Notes under the pieces: model-generated
Database searches by the model: none
What the model was told of the DNA's origin: nothing
What the model saw: the letters and a program-made list of their open reading frames with translations, nothing else
Shown here: piece after piece, positions 47,791 to 62,028 of the stretch
How the letters are laid out: every line of letters begins with the position of its first letter
How positions within the stretch are numbered: the first letter of the stretch is position 1
Position numbers and translations under genes: made by a program
DNA from: Entomortierella parvispora E1425
Lineage: Eukaryota > Fungi > Mortierellomycota
Length of the DNA: 64,000 nt
Reading direction: 5' to 3'
Assembly (NCBI GenBank): GCA_020891255.1
Contig: BQFW01000015.1
Span: 868,001-932,000 of the forward strand

Positions 47791-49489
47791 ATGGATGCAC
47801 CATTACCTCAACCACCGTCCTCAGAGACATCTCAGTTCTACAGTTCCAGCCATCGTCCCGTCCGCGTCGGCTCTCTTCTCCTGCAGTCGACCCCTGTTAC
47901 CGTGCCCTCATTCACAAAGGACCTTGACCTGACTTCGATTGCAAACCCCACCAAGCACTCTGTGCTGAAACAATATCTCTTTGCCTCCCTGCTCTTCAAA
48001 CCAGTCCTGGGCCTCTTCTTGGATGGGTTCTCGCTCGCCTTTCTCTCCGCCTGGGTCCATGCCTCGGTTGGAAAAGGTAACAGCTCAGGTCTTGTGATCT
48101 ATGCACTGGCCACGGCTGGGTCAGTAGCGATCATGCTCTTTGGTGGATGGAGAGCCAGGACCTCCTTGGCCAAGGCCAACATTCAAGGCATCTTTGTGAA
48201 CCGAGAGGCTTATCGGTGGATTTGTCTCACCAGCAGGGACAGGTTCCTGTTCTTTGAGAGGGTCGGACAGGGATATGGAACCAAGGATGCAGCCGTTTTC
48301 TTTGCTTGGTTTACACTGCGAGGTAAGAGTCGTCGAGAAAAAAAAAGAAGGGACTCTGTTCACCGAACAGGTGGACTAGCCAGAAGAGAAAAAGGAGAAA
48401 ATCACTCAATGCTACCCGTTTTACTTTTTTTTAGATTGGATGCAACACCTGCTGTGCGACCTTCCTCGACTTATTATCAACTGCACCATTCTGGCCTCAG
48501 TGGCTCATCAACAATCTCTCAAGGATAAAGGCGAAGCACCCACCCTCACCCTGCCTGATCTCAGTGGAGCAACACACGTCATGTTGGCATTTAACATCAT
48601 GCTGCAGGTGTGTAATTTGATCCAGTTTGGAGGCGCGCTCGTGGTATTGGCGTTGGTTCGGTTTGGCCATATGGTAACTCTTCGCAAAGACGAGCACCTC
48701 CATACTTATTGCCAGAGGAATTTGAACGTTAGGTAAGATCATCGCATGATGACCTGCACCCTGTACCAGAGAGGATCATCATATGTTCCCGCGAGTGCTA
48801 AATGCATCGTCCCTGTCTTTTTTTTTTATTTTCTTTTTAGAATTGTCCGATTGTATAAGCTTGCCAAACAGTCAGGATCAACAGCGCCACTAAGAGACAA
48901 CAATACGCTGCAACAGCAAATGGACCAGTACCGGGCGGACGATGAGAATGGAATTGACTTGTCGATGGCGTCGTTGGCGTCGTTGGCGTGGGATACGGAA
49001 ACACAGGATGACCATGTGGACTATAACCATTACGCCTACAGACCTCGACCAATGTCCAATGGCCCACCCGCGCGACTGACTCAACCTGCAGAAGAGGAGA
49101 GGATCGAGATGACGGAGAAGATCAATCATCAAGCAAGCGACGTACTACCTCCCCCAACACGGCCAGTCATCATGCCTCAGCCGGGTTCGTTCTCCTATGC
49201 TCAGATGATTCATCTGGAAAAACAGCGAGAACTCTATGGCGACAACAGGGACCTTTATCAGCCCATGGAATGGAAGGCTCCTGGGACTTCACAGAACGGC
49301 TCTAGCCCAAGTTCAGAATCACAATACCAACAGCAACCTCCATATCAGCAGCAGCAGCAACAGCAGCAGCAACAACAGCAGTGGCAGAATACGAATCAGC
49401 AACAGTGGCAACAGCCGTCCCAGCAAACATCACCACCGCCTATCCCTCCAAAGAACTTTAGTCATCCACCCTACTCTCCACCGCATTAA
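47791..49489 (+). CDS. Hypothetical multi-pass membrane protein with a Q/P-rich tail
   Basis: Exons 47791-48322, 48435-48732 and 48841-49489 with phase-compatible GT-AG introns. Several hydrophobic segments and a poly-Q tail. Confidence 0.7.
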
Positions 49490-49770
49490 TAAATAAAGAT
49501 GCGACGAGGTAAAAACAGATCGACAATGGTCGCCGGTGGTAATGAAAGATAAGAAAGGTCTTTCAAACGCCAAGGCATTCTTTGTACACCCCCAACAGAC
49601 GCCATGTTCCAGCAAGAGGCAATTGGGTCGCTGCTGCGAGTTGAGCTTCGCCACTGGCGATTGCCATTTCATTATAAACAACGCGGGAAGCATTGCAGAC
49701 ACCCCAATCGACATACTCATATCCTTGTTACTACAACCTACTACATTGCTGCTATAGTCTACTTCAGAAG

Positions 49771-50178
49771 ATGATCACCTTCAGGGTCAAGAATATCAAG
49801 CCAGCCGTCATGTCCACCATCGGGTTTTGGGAAATAATCGGCATGAACACCTTTGTCCTCTCAGGACTGGCGCTCTCGACCCATCGATGTTATCTAGATC
49901 GCATTCGAAAAGACTTGGCTCTGTTTGAGCAAAAGGTTCAAGAAATCAACATTCTTCTCGACTCGGAGGAAGTTCGACTGGACCCGGAGGTAGCATTCGA
50001 TCGACATCCGTTCCTGCAAGGAAAATACATGCATCCGTCGTTGATCCCCGTGTATGATTGGGATCCCAAACGGTGTCGACAGAAACTGAGACGGGGTTGC
50101 GAAGTGAGGATGCGGGAATGGCGAGCGCTGGCGGAAGAGGAGATGGCGCGAGGGAGCATGTGGGGGTCAATGCGCTAA
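49771..50178 (+). CDS. Orphan-family protein (divergent paralog of 50384 and 24577)
   Basis: Contains CYLDRIRKDLALFEQKVQEINILL and RQKLRRGCEVRMREWRALAEEE, resembling the two blocks shared by the other two copies. Confidence 0.55.
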   Translation: MITFRVKNIKPAVMSTIGFWEIIGMNTFVLSGLALSTHRCYLDRIRKDLALFEQKVQEINILLDSEEVRLDPEVAFDRHPFLQGKYMHPSLIPVYDWDPKRCRQKLRRGCEVRMREWRALAEEEMARGSMWGSMR

Positions 50179-50383
50179 GAAGAGAAGAGAAAAAAAGAGA
50201 AAAAAAGAGAATAAAGATGTTGCAGGATCAGTGCAGTAAAAGAAGGACACCCTTTCTTTTCGCTCCCTTCTTCTTCATCTTCTTCTTCCCTTTGCTTCTC
50301 ACGACCCTTCTTTCTCACTCTTTTTCTCTCACTTTCTCTCACATTCTTTCTTTCTTCACTCTTCACTCCTCTTTGCGGAAAAC

Positions 50384-51100
50384 ATGTCAGCAACCACCTC
50401 GTCTTCAGCACGCTCCGAGTACTTGGCTCGGATCCATCAGGAAATGAAGGACCTTGAGCGACTGGGCGACGAACTCTTTCGAATCATGGATCCACCTTAT
50501 TTGGGTGGCCACGACCGTCAGGAGACGGACCACCTCGGCACGACCTCGGACCAAAACAGAACGATCGACTGGGAGAAGCTGCCAGCACATCTCAAATTTT
50601 ACGCCGCCCGGGAAAAGGAGCAGGTCTGGGCAAACATTGTTATTGGCTACTTTGAGCTTCGGGATCAGCTCAAGGAGTTTGCGTTGAAGGAAAAGTCATC
50701 TAGCACAAAGAGAAGAAAGTACAGCAAACGAGTAAGGCCTTCGAACCCTGTGGAGAGGACACCAGAGGGTGTTGACTTGACCCCTCGAGTTTATACCCGC
50801 TATGCCGACGTAGGGCTTGGGGCCGCAATGGCGACCACGTCAACACCTGCGTCGACAGGAGCAGCATCACAATCGTCTACTCTCAAGGCAGAGAAGCTGG
50901 ATGGACATGTTACTGAACCAAAGAGGAATTTGGACGGCAAGCAGGATCTCCAGCGCAGCGACGATAGAGCATGCTTCATCCCGCAGTTGTGGCTGTGGCT
51001 GATCTGTGTGGCGGTGGCCACAGAATGGTTCTTGACATGGATCCAGCAGATGAAAGACAACGAAATATTGCCATACAAGGCCCTTTTCCGAGGGTACTGA
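50384..51100 (+). CDS. Orphan-family protein, 238 aa, with a C-terminal hydrophobic segment
   Basis: ATG at 50384. Contains EYLARIHQEMKDLERLGDELFRI, LKFYAAREKEQVWANIVIGYFELRDQLKEFA, a basic KRRK patch and WLWLICVAVATEWFL near the end. Confidence 0.72.
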   Translation: MSATTSSSARSEYLARIHQEMKDLERLGDELFRIMDPPYLGGHDRQETDHLGTTSDQNRTIDWEKLPAHLKFYAAREKEQVWANIVIGYFELRDQLKEFALKEKSSSTKRRKYSKRVRPSNPVERTPEGVDLTPRVYTRYADVGLGAAMATTSTPASTGAASQSSTLKAEKLDGHVTEPKRNLDGKQDLQRSDDRACFIPQLWLWLICVAVATEWFLTWIQQMKDNEILPYKALFRGY

Positions 51101-51970
51101 ACGCTCGGCCCAACTGAAAGGCAGCGCGCAGACCGTCCAATCAACAGGCTCAACAGCCAGCCAAAATAAAAAACGATCGGTATAGCTTTAGATTTCTCTT
51201 TCCTCTTTCCAAAGGGTTACAGAAGGCAAAAAAAGATGGGTGTTTGCCCCCTCGTTGTCTACGAAATAGGTAGGGCGCACGAAATAAAAGTGATCGAGAC
51301 CCTCTTCAAGACGCTGGAGACGCCGCGACCAGGGTCCATCGGCGCTATTTTAAGGGACAGTGACCTCACTTTTCTGCCACCAACTTCAGGATGGCCTCGA
51401 CTCTGATCAAGGTGAGGCTGACTGACAGACCGCAAGACTGATAGGGTCAATGTCAATATTAATGACATTGTCAAGTCCAAAAAAAAGAAGAAAAAAAAAA
51501 ACAAGGCGAGTGACAGTCGACAGCTACATTAAGGTAGGGCAAGGGGTGACTGACAGGACGAAGGTTTATGAAGACCGCAGACCGCTCTCAAAGCTACAAA
51601 GTGGTGCCTGGCGTTAGTCTAACGGGCGGGCGAGGGTGTGGGGGAAGCCGTATGACCTGCGTTGCTTACATGTACATGTACTGTACCTGTTTGCCTGCAG
51701 ACAGCAGACAGAAGACAGCAGACAGGAAAGACACCCAGGGACGGGAACAATCCTTCTGCCGGGCTGAGGTTGTTCTCCGCTCTGTTCTGTCTGTTCTTTC
51801 AGTTCCTTTTTTTTTTTTTTTTTTTTTTGTTCTCTCCTTCATCTCTTGTTCCTGGTTCCATCTTTGCTTCATCATCCCTCTTCTTCTCTCTTCATTCGAC
51901 CTTTGTCTTCATTCCATCCCCGCCTTCCTGATTTTCAACCACCCCAAGGTCCCCACTGACCACTAGCGCC

Positions 51971-54589
51971 ATGGGATCATCTCCCCCTCCAAAGGGATCT
52001 AGCTTTGTCGTCGACATTGAACAGGGTCTGTCCCCATCCTCCAAGGACGAGTACCCTGAGATCCATCGCCCCTCCCCCTCAGCATCGCCTTCATACCCAA
52101 AGTCGGCCTCGCCCGTCGTCGCACCCCTGGCCGGCCTCAAAAGGCTTATCGACCGCAATCCCGCCACCGTCATCAACGGACGTTATTCCATCAACATCCG
52201 TCAGTTCATCGCCCTCATCCTCCTAATCCTTACTTTTGTCGGTCTCTGGTTTGGTGCCCGCTCTAACAAGTTCTGGAGCGACGAGACCGATAACCTGGGC
52301 ATCTCAGGCTCTAAAGCCCACAAGACCATCTACACACACCACATTGGCCACTCTGACCAAAGTGTGCCTGACATCCTCGGCAAGGCCCAACGGGCCGCAG
52401 AGCGACTTGCTAGGATTCAGGGCAAGGGAACCAACACGAGTCTGAAAAAGATCCAGTTTGACTTTCCAGAGGAAACAGAGGCCGAGCGCTTCACGCGAGA
52501 GAAGCGCCTTCAGAGAGTCAAGGATGGGTTTGTACATGCGTGGAAGGGCTACAAAGAGAACGCATGGGGGCAAGACGAGGTCGTCCCTGTTCGTGGCGGC
52601 GCCAAGAACAATTTCAACGGTTGGGGTGCCACCATGGTGGACAGTTTGGACACGTTGGTCATCATGGGCATGAATGACGAGTTTGACGAGGCTCTGGAAT
52701 GGGTCAGAACAAAGTTCGACATGACCAGAAATCCTACCGCCCAGCTGCAGTTCTTCGAGACAGTTATCCGGTACCTGGGCGGATTCCTGAGCGCATACGA
52801 CTTGACAGGAGAACAGGTGCTTCTGGACAAGGCTGAGGAGCTTGGAAACATCCTGTTGAATGCATTCGGAAACCGTGTCTTCCCAGCTGGCCGTGTCGCT
52901 GTTCAGAAGAGCGCTAGCCCCGGCGCTTATAACTTTTGCACAGCCGAAATTGGAACCATTCAACTCGAGTTCACGCGGTTGTCGATGCTCACAAAGAACC
53001 CCATCTACGATCAAAAGGTAATGTGTCGTCTTGGTATTGAGACTAAAGCCAACAGCCTTGGAGAAAAAAGAACGTCTTCATAGATTCCTCTTTTCTTTGA
53101 GTGTGACAGACGATTGTGGACTGACGGCGTAACATCTCACTAAACAGGGTCAGGAGATCTTCAAGATGCTCGGACAGCAGACTTCTGAATTGCCAGGAAT
53201 GCTCCCCAGCTATGTTCGCGAGGGAGCCGGACAGTACTACTCTGGATTCCGCGCTACTGTTGGTGGAATGATCGATAGTTACTATGAGGTAAAAACTAGG
53301 GGGTCGTTAAAATCATTACTGAAGAGTCGAGCAATTGCGCCATGAAATTAACTTTGTCTCTAAATTTCTTTTGCGCAGTACCTGCTCAAGGAGTGGATCT
53401 TGCTGGATGGCAGTAGCAGCGCGGCAACCTACAAGCAAATGTGTAAGATATTTGTCCATGTTATCGCAATTTGGCCACACTTTGCACTTTGAGAGGGCTT
53501 TTACTTTGTCGTTTTCTTATTTTGGCTGTGCTGATGGTAACTGAGACCTTTTTCGTGCCTGCTCCAATAATAGTCCTCACTGTCGTCGATACGATTAAGG
53601 AGTATATGGTCAGTCGCCCTGACAATGGTGGAGACTACGCCATCATCGGAGCTGTACAGTCTTCTAGCAAGACCATTGACCCTGAAATGGAGCATCTTGT
53701 AAGTTGTCGGGTCGATGGGTATATTTCCAAGAAAAATGAAATGGACATTACGACGGCTAACATACAGACGTTTTACCTGTTTAGTCCTGCTTCATCGCTG
53801 GTTCATTAGCAATGGGCGCAAAGTATTTTGATAGACCCGAAGACTTGACACTGGCTAAGCAAGTTGCAGAGGGTTGTTACCAGGGATACCACAACAGTGC
53901 TACTGGACTTGGTCCCGAGGTCATGAAGTTTGACGCTGTGCCTGGCACCAACGGCAAGAAGTTTGTCGTGAACCCCAACGGTTTCTTCAAGAACAGCAAC
54001 AGCTACTATATCCTTCGACCAGGTAAATACGCATTCTTCAGCTCCTAGCAAAACCAGGAACGATATCGACTATGGTCTGACATGTACCTTTTTTTTTTTT
54101 TTGAATAGAAACTTTGGAGAGTCTTTGGATTTTATACCGCATTACAGGAGAGAAGAAATACCAAGATCAAGTGTGGGAGATTTTCGAGGTACAAATCCAT
54201 ATCTACAAAAGGACAAAAGGGAACCACTCCTGTTCTTTGTGCTTCTAACGAATCTAACTCTGTTCTGTTATAATTGTTTGTCATTATAGTCACTTGAGAG
54301 AAGCTGCCGCACCAACATTGCATACTCTGGATTGAGCAATGTGAACTCTGTTGGTTCTCATGACAACAAGATGGAGAGGTAAATTGATTTTTTCAGCTAC
54401 TAATCTCGGACTCATGTGGTTAAAAGGGTCCACACGCTCACCCTTTGGCCCCTTTCCTTTTGCCAATCTTCTAGTTTCTTCATGGCCGAGACGATGAAGT
54501 ACATTTACCTCACGTTCGCCGAGCCTAACGTGATCTCGCTAGACCAATTTGTTTTCAACACTGAGGCCCACCCTCTCCGGAGGACATAG
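51971..54589 (+). CDS. Class I alpha-1,2-mannosidase (GH47), type II membrane protein, multi-exon
   Basis: N-terminal TM segment, then [79 protein letters not shown]. Confidence 0.92.
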
Positions 54590-54723
54590 AGGCATAGATA
54601 TATTTATTGTAAAGAGGAAATCGGGCTTAACCCTGTTAAAAACGAAAAATATATAATACTAGCAACCACATGAAGGAGGGGCAGGTCGTACGTGGTGAAG
54701 GGCGTGTAACGACTGCGAGCAGC

Positions 54724-54757
<34 letters not shown>

Positions 54758-55003
54758 AGAGACGCGAATCGCGTGCGCGGGTTTTTTCGACAGACATGAG
54801 TGATTGGTGGCGTCTCAAGAGTCCCGTGCAGGGCAAGGAGGACAAGAGAAAAGTTTCCTCTTGATTGCATGCACTTGCATTTCTTCACCCCTCCCGCCTT
54901 CCACTCTGATCACTAAATCATTCTTTCACTCTCATTCAATCACTCTCATTCAATCACTCGCTCTATTCTGCATTCCTAATCAACCCTCTCCCAGCGAACC
55001 AGT

Positions 55004-56314
55004 ATGGAATATCGCTATCTCGGGCGAAGTGGCCTCATGGTCTCGTGTCTGTCTCTAGGTGGCTGGGTTACCTACGGTATGTCAAAGAGAGCTCAACTTT
55101 TTATCTTTTCTGTCCTCTAATCCAAGATCGTTACCCCATCATGATAACTCTACCTTCTTTTAGGTGGCCAGGTTGGGCCCGAGGTGGCTCAATCGTGCAT
55201 GAAGACTGCCTTTGACAACGGGATCAACTTTTTTGATACGGCCGAGGTACCTGCTTTTTTCCATGCGAAGAATTTTCTGAACAACCAAAAAAAAAAAAAA
55301 AAATCTCCCTTTTCTCCTCAGCTTTCTCTGACATTTTTTTTTTCTTTTTGGATTGATATGCATTTAGGTCTATTCAGGAGGTCAATGTGAGATCGACATG
55401 GGGGTGGCCATTCGAAAGTTTGGCTGGAAAAGATCTGATATCGTCATCTCGACCAAGCTCTTTTGGGGTGGCAAAGGACCCAACGACCGAGGTCTGTCTC
55501 GAAAACACATCATCGAAGGCACAGACGCCTGTTTAAAACGACTGCAGTTGGACTATGTTGACCTGCTGTACGCTCATCGACCGGACCCCGATACACCCAT
55601 GGAGGAGATTGTCAGGGCTTTCAACTATGTGATTGAGAAGGGAAAGGCCTTTTATTGGGGGACCTCGGAATGGTCCGCTCAACAGATCACAGAAGCCCAT
55701 GCCGTGGCAGAGCGACTTCATTTGATTGCTCCTTTGGTAGGTCAAAGAAGAAGAAAAACTATTTGGTTTTTTTTTTTGTTCAGCGACATTGATTTACTCA
55801 CGCTCTCTTTTCTATCTCGTGCGCTGTCTAGATGGAACAGCCGCAATATAACATGTTTCATCGCGACCGTGTCGAGAAGGAGTACCTGCCTTTGTACAAG
55901 ATCTATGGAATGGGTACCACCATCTGGTCCCCTCTCGCCTCTGGTCTTCTTTCTGGAAAATACAACGAGGGCGTCCCCCCCGACTCTCGACTGGCCATTG
56001 AAGAGAACGCAGTCATGAAACGCCTACGGGATTCCCTTGAATCTGAGGACGGTCAGGCCAAGATCCGCAAGGTCGTGGCGATGGGTGAGATTGCACAGCA
56101 ATTGGGCTGCACCCCTGCCCAGTTGGCCTTGGCCTGGTGTCTGAAAAACCCCAATGTGTCGAGTGTGATCACGGGCGCTTCAAGGCCCAGTCAGATCGAG
56201 GAAAACGTGAAATGCCTGAAGGTGGTGCCATTGTTGACCGATGATCTGATGGAGAGCATCGAGGCCATCCTTACGAATCGACCCGCTCTCGACTACAACT
56301 TTAGATCTTCTTAG
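55004..56314 (+). CDS. Aldo-keto reductase, Kv-beta-like (AKR6), multi-exon
   Basis: [76 protein letters not shown]. Confidence 0.92.
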
Positions 56315-56472
56315 AAATACTCTGATCTGTTTATAAAAAATATATTATCTTTGCTTTGCTCATAATTGAGAAGCAAAAGGTGTGGAATGGAAGGGGGTAT
56401 ATAATACATGTACATTCTTTTGAGGGGGATGGAAAGATGGAACGAAGATGACAAGCAAAAAAGGCAAGTCCT

Positions 56473-58403
56473 TTAAAAACTGTCTGCCTTATCGACCAGA
56501 TGCCGCGCTTGGAAGAGAGCCTGGGTCTCGTAGATGTTGTTAGTTTGGATGGCCTGTTGCAAACTCGAGGTATATGCCGTTGTGCTGGCTCCCGTTCCTG
56601 TACTTGCATTGCTACTCCTGTACGACTGTTGATTCCTATTAGTATTGAGCAGCGGATGGGGTGGAAGCTGTTGATGATGATGATGATGAAGAAGAAGCGG
56701 ACTGTTGCCGCCGCTGCTGTTGAGACCCAGTTGTTTGATCGACCACCGTTGAGAAAGTGACCGCTCAAACTCGGCCAGCTTCCAGGATGAGGCAATGCCC
56801 TTGAAGATCTGGCCGACGACATCGGCACGCCAGAGCAGACCGTGAGTACCGCCTTCGATCACACTCAGGGTGCACTGCGTGAGACGCTGTTCCATCCAGT
56901 CCACTGCTTCTCTGGAGATGACCGCGTCCTAGAATACACAGAAGCCATGGTGGTTAGAATTGGTGCCAAACGAATCAACCGAGTGAATGACATAAGCCAA
57001 CCATACGCCTTTTTGTTTCCTTATTTTGCACTGCCCGCAAACTCAACAGAACCTCTCAATCTGTTTTCTGTTTTTGTTCTTTTGCATTTTTTTTTCCTTC
57101 CCGTTTGTCCTACCTTTGTTCCCCAAAAAACGTGCACGGGCAAGGTCACATCCTTGTAGCTGAAGCCGAACGAATGGTACAATTCCAAGCACACCATCAG
57201 GTCATTGTTCGCGCCCTCAAGACTCTCGGCCATATTATCCTCCAGCATGGCCTTGCACAACTTCTCGCGATCATAATTCAAGATGTTGGGATCTGCATGA
57301 CTTGGAGGCTCCTTGGCCGCGACCGAAAGCGACTTGTACAATAAACTGGCGGTGCTCTGGCTCTTAAGAAGTGTGGTGGGGACGTGTCTGATCCATTTCA
57401 TGCGCTTGGCCAAGGTCAAATGGACCCAGGGCGACATCAACCAGACCGTGCCCACGATCCGGGACTTGAGACGAAGGGCGCAGGCCATGGCATAGATCGC
57501 GCCACAGGAGTGGCCCATGACAGAAAACTTTTGAATGTTGAACCCGTTGGCCATCTCCTCCACAATCTCGGCCATTCTTAACGGCGTCCATGACTGGTGC
57601 GTTTTTCAATGCAAACCGATCACAAACAAAAGGGAAAAAGAGAGAAGAAAATAGAAAAGAAGAAAAAAAAAAGGCATGGGAACTGCATGAGTAACCTTGT
57701 TTCCCGCATTTTTTTTTCTTGTGTCTGTGTGTTGTTGTGTAAGCCAACGGTTTATTACCTCGGGGGAAGTGGCATGAGAATTGCCAACACCAGGACGGTC
57801 AATGCAGTATATCCTGAGCGAGTGTTTGAAGGCCAGGTCCTCGAGGATGATGGAGTAATAACGCATGCAGCCCAGTCCGAGACTAAATGATGGGCCATGC
57901 ATGACACATGCAGGATAGACGATACAGGAGAGAGAGAGAGAGAGATAAAAAAAATTAATAAAAGAACAGGGGGCTGGGTACTGAGTGTCTATAGGATCGC
58001 CATGGTTACACCCCTGTGCATCCCTCATGCTCCATTATGGCTCCCTCACTCCTCCTTTCCGTTAGTCTGCTCGTCCCTTTCGTTAGCTCCGTTTCGACGC
58101 CTTGGGCCCTGACCATCATTTCGTCAAAGGCCCCTCTTCCTCTGGTTTTTTTTTGTCTTCCGCGATCCAACTGAGACAAAAAGACGCGGTGCGGTAGAGG
58201 GTGAAGGGAGGAGGACAAACTTACAAGCAAAAGACTGGGTGTCCACAAGGGTGGCCGACCTCTGCAAAGGAGACCAATCGCCCCGAGTAGAGCTCGTAGC
58301 GTTGGTTCATATCGACACAACCGAGCGTAGCTTCGACGTCAGCCATGGTCGGAATGCTGTCAAAGGACCTGATCGAGGCCGCCTCAGACATTCGTCGCGA
58401 CAT
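56473..58403 (-). CDS. Alpha/beta hydrolase fold protein, multi-exon
   Basis: GRLVSFAEVG, IDRPGVGNS, nucleophile elbow VMGHSCGAIYA, VFWGTKD (across a splice junction), and IEGGTHG. Confidence 0.82.
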
Positions 58404-61400
58404 TACGGTTTTGTGATGAGATTCCCTCTGGGTATAATTTTTTGTGTAAAAAGTGGGAGTTGAGAGTGGTGGTAGCAAACAAGGCTGCGGAAGATGGGGA
58501 ATGGGATGGTGCTCGAGTGAACAAGAGGTGAATGAGAGTCAGAGTGGAGACGATGCGTGAGCAGAACCGAGAAGGTGAATGAGCTGATGGTGATGGGGCT
58601 TGTATGAAAAAAAGATGAGAGCACTCAAAGTCAAAGAGGGTTGCTGACAGAGACAAGAGGAATGAGAAGGTTGGGATGAGTCGGGTGGGTGCAAATGGAG
58701 GAGGAATGAAAGAAAGAGAAAGAGGAAGAACGAGGGAAGCAAGAAGAGTGAAGACGTGAAGCAACAATTTGGGGGTGCATGGTGCATGGACACCTTTGTT
58801 GGTCAACAAAAGAGGGGCCAAGCGGCAGACAGAGGACAGCCCGGCCGTTAGAGGGGCATCGAGGATAGACACACCATTGGACCATTGCACCCAACGGAAA
58901 AGAAACAACAACACCGCTCATCCGATCATAACAATGCTGGTATTGGCCAAGAAAAAAGAAATGAAATGAACGTGGAGGTTTGTTGTGCTCCATGGTGCAT
59001 GGTTTGATAAAACGAATGCTAAAGATGTGATTCAAAGTACATATCCGCCCAATGGTGTCACCATGGTTGGGAAGGCCCATGGCTCTCTCGCACCATTGCT
59101 CCCAACCCAACCCAACACCCAAACCATCGGCTTGCTGCTTTCTCCCGCCGTTGTTGTTTGCTTTTGTTTCGACTGTCAATGTGTCCTTTGCCGCAAAAAA
59201 AAACAAAGAGTTTCCTCGTATCTCACATCTTCATCTCTGTTGTCTCTGGACGGGTGTACCCACTCGTTTCCTTCCAAAAGTCCATCTGCTCGCTACACAT
59301 GCCACGGTTGGTTCCTAAATGCACTTTGCTCGTTTGAGAGCGAGATCTTCTGACTCTCCAATGGTTTCATTCACACGACCGCGAGTGACGATCACATCAA
59401 CCCTATTACTCGAGTTTGTTCAGGTTTACACACGCCATACAACATCTCATCCTTCATCTATCTGTGCAATTGACAGCATGAGATGGCACATGTATCGTTT
59501 TTCTGTAGTTACGCCCATTGAACCAAGTGGACACAAGCGACCTGGGCATGCTAATTCAATGCACATGCACTGGATATCGATATTGGGGTGCATGCCATGA
59601 CAAAGAGGATGAGATCAAACCTTGGGGAAGGAAAAGAGTAAAAAAAATAAATGGCTCTACTCGTTATCCATGCTCCGCCAAGTAAAAAAAAAAAGTATCG
59701 CATGCAGAGCGTTAAATGAAAACAAAACAACCTCGACATGGTGGCCCACAGTTGAACTGCTTTGCAAGACCCACCTCCGCCATGCACAACTGAGTGGCTT
59801 CAACAACAAGTGTATCCACAATAAATTCTTCCTCCGCTTCTGTTCGGAAATGAAAACACAGGACGACCCATGGGGCATACTTTTTTTTCCCCTTCATTTC
59901 CCAACAATGTCAGTTTGTCGGGTCGTACACTTCACAGTACTATCTGGCGAGATGGCGAGAAAAACATCTAAAAACAACTACCTGCAACTGCAGCGTTGCG
60001 TGTCAAAGGATTCGTTATCTCCTCCATTGTGATCAGGGCCAGTGTTGATACCGATAGACCATGGCGATTCGAACAGAGCCATAGTGAAGTCATCGAGAAC
60101 TGGAGCGCGACAGTGCAAAAAGGGAAGAAGGACGGAAGGACTAGAGGCGGGATGGGCTGATAACTAACTCTGTATTGCGCTAAAAAAAAAAATGCCTCGA
60201 TCACCGGCTGTTCCATTACCAGGACTGGACCCCACTTGGGCGAAGCAGAAGCCACGAGGCGTTGGCCATCAAGAGGCAGCGCGAAAGTTGCGCGTCTTTT
60301 CCTTTTCTTTCTCCTGTGAACAAATCCTATTTACAACTTATTACCCGAGGGTACATGTTCAAGGGAACTTCATCCTCTTAAGCAACATGCCCCCACGTTT
60401 TTTTTTTACAATGGCCAGACTATGTGGAAACGCCGTTGTCTTGTGTGGTGTCATGCAGCTGACGAACCGTCCAACAGTTGCTCAACATCCCTGAACAATC
60501 CAACATTCTACAGGTTTAGTGTTTCTGCTCTTCGACAGCTCTTTCACAAGGATGACACAAACCCGCTTTGTTGATGCGGCGAACGAGTGGAGAAGGATGA
60601 GGGGGGGTAGAAAGCTGGTCCTTCTGGTTTGGTCTCTTCGAAAAAGCTCTCATTGTTGTATTTTTATTCTTCAAGTTTTTTTGCTTGTTTTATCTGCTGG
60701 CAACCGTTCCGAGAGTTGGCGCCATTGTTGGACCACCACCCTCCCTTTTGTCCACCGAGGTCCCAAAAAATGTGGATCCACACAAAGCAGGTTGACCATG
60801 GATTCCTCAAGCAGGTTGAGCCAGAGTAAGGTTTCTGTTGTCGCTCTTCTTGCTCCACAAGAACAACTATAACAACAACAACAACCCACTGAGAGAACAA
60901 CACTTTAGTTTACGGATGAAAACTTCCCCAAGGCCGAATTGCTGCAGGAATGGTCATGAATGAATCGTTCCAAAGGGTTACCCTTCCCGGCTATAATGTG
61001 ACCAAGCAGAAATCTCTTTTTTTTTGTGTGTGTGTGTGTGTCTGTGACCATTGGGATTCGGGATGACGAGGGCCTTTAGAAGTGGAGCAAGCGAAGAAAG
61101 AGCACAATTGAGAGCCAACGCCTTCGAGTCCACCAGAGAGAGGGGGAGGGAGAAAGGGTCCAGCTCTTCCATAGATTCTGTCTCTTGTTTATTTTGACGC
61201 TGGCGAGACGGACAGAATTAGGTAAAAGTGGGCGAAAGAGCTGCAGGGATCCACATTCCTCAAAAAAGCCACAATGTGGAGAAGAAAGAAATGACTATAG
61301 AAGAGGAACTCGCTCATTGTCATAGAAAGTGCTCCTGGTAATCAGCATCACTCTTTCAGTCATCTTTCCACGCTCCTCGGGAATCAAAGATATCAACCAA

Positions 61401-62028
61401 CAAACAGCGGTCCATATCAAAAGTCGTCGGAGCACGATACTTCCACAACGGCCAAAAACCGCACAAACATGTTCTTAACAAATTTTCAGGGGCTTGTCCA
61501 ACGCGAGATTGAGGAATACCAAGACGCCAACGCAAGCTCGGACCCTTTGGTTGCCCGTTGAACGTGCAGATTGTTTGCAAGACCGGGGATGTTGCGACAG
61601 TCCAGAATGTGTCTCTCTTTCTATTCATCTTTTTTCGCACAATGCCTGCAGACATAATAGCAAAGGTCGTTAGAGTTGACGCTTGACTTGAGGCGTATTA
61701 TTTACAGAAAGTAAGGAATGCTTTAACATTCGCTCGAGGAGGTGAAAAAAAAAAAAAAACAAAGCTGCACCCTCTTTAGCCTTTGGAGCAATGGACCGAG
61801 ATTCGACATGGTGAGATGGTTTAGGTATGGACAACCACCCGGGGAAGCAAACTTTCCTGCCCGAGAAAAAGAGAATCCGATCATGAGGACTGTCCATGGT
61901 CATTGACTTTGCCTATATAGACCCTTCAATTCCTCCTCTTGGCCTTTTTTTTTTCCTTTGCTCCTCGTTCTATTTTACCTTTCCATCCCAAGAGCCACCC
62001 ACCCTTTCCTCAACCATCCTCTCCTTCA

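Noticed and set aside
58450-62000. Hidden gene, RNA gene or element in the 3.6-kb divergent intergenic region
   Set aside because: Only short low-complexity ORFs, homopolymers and a (GT)n run; no tRNA cloverleaf, rRNA or terminal repeats recognised.
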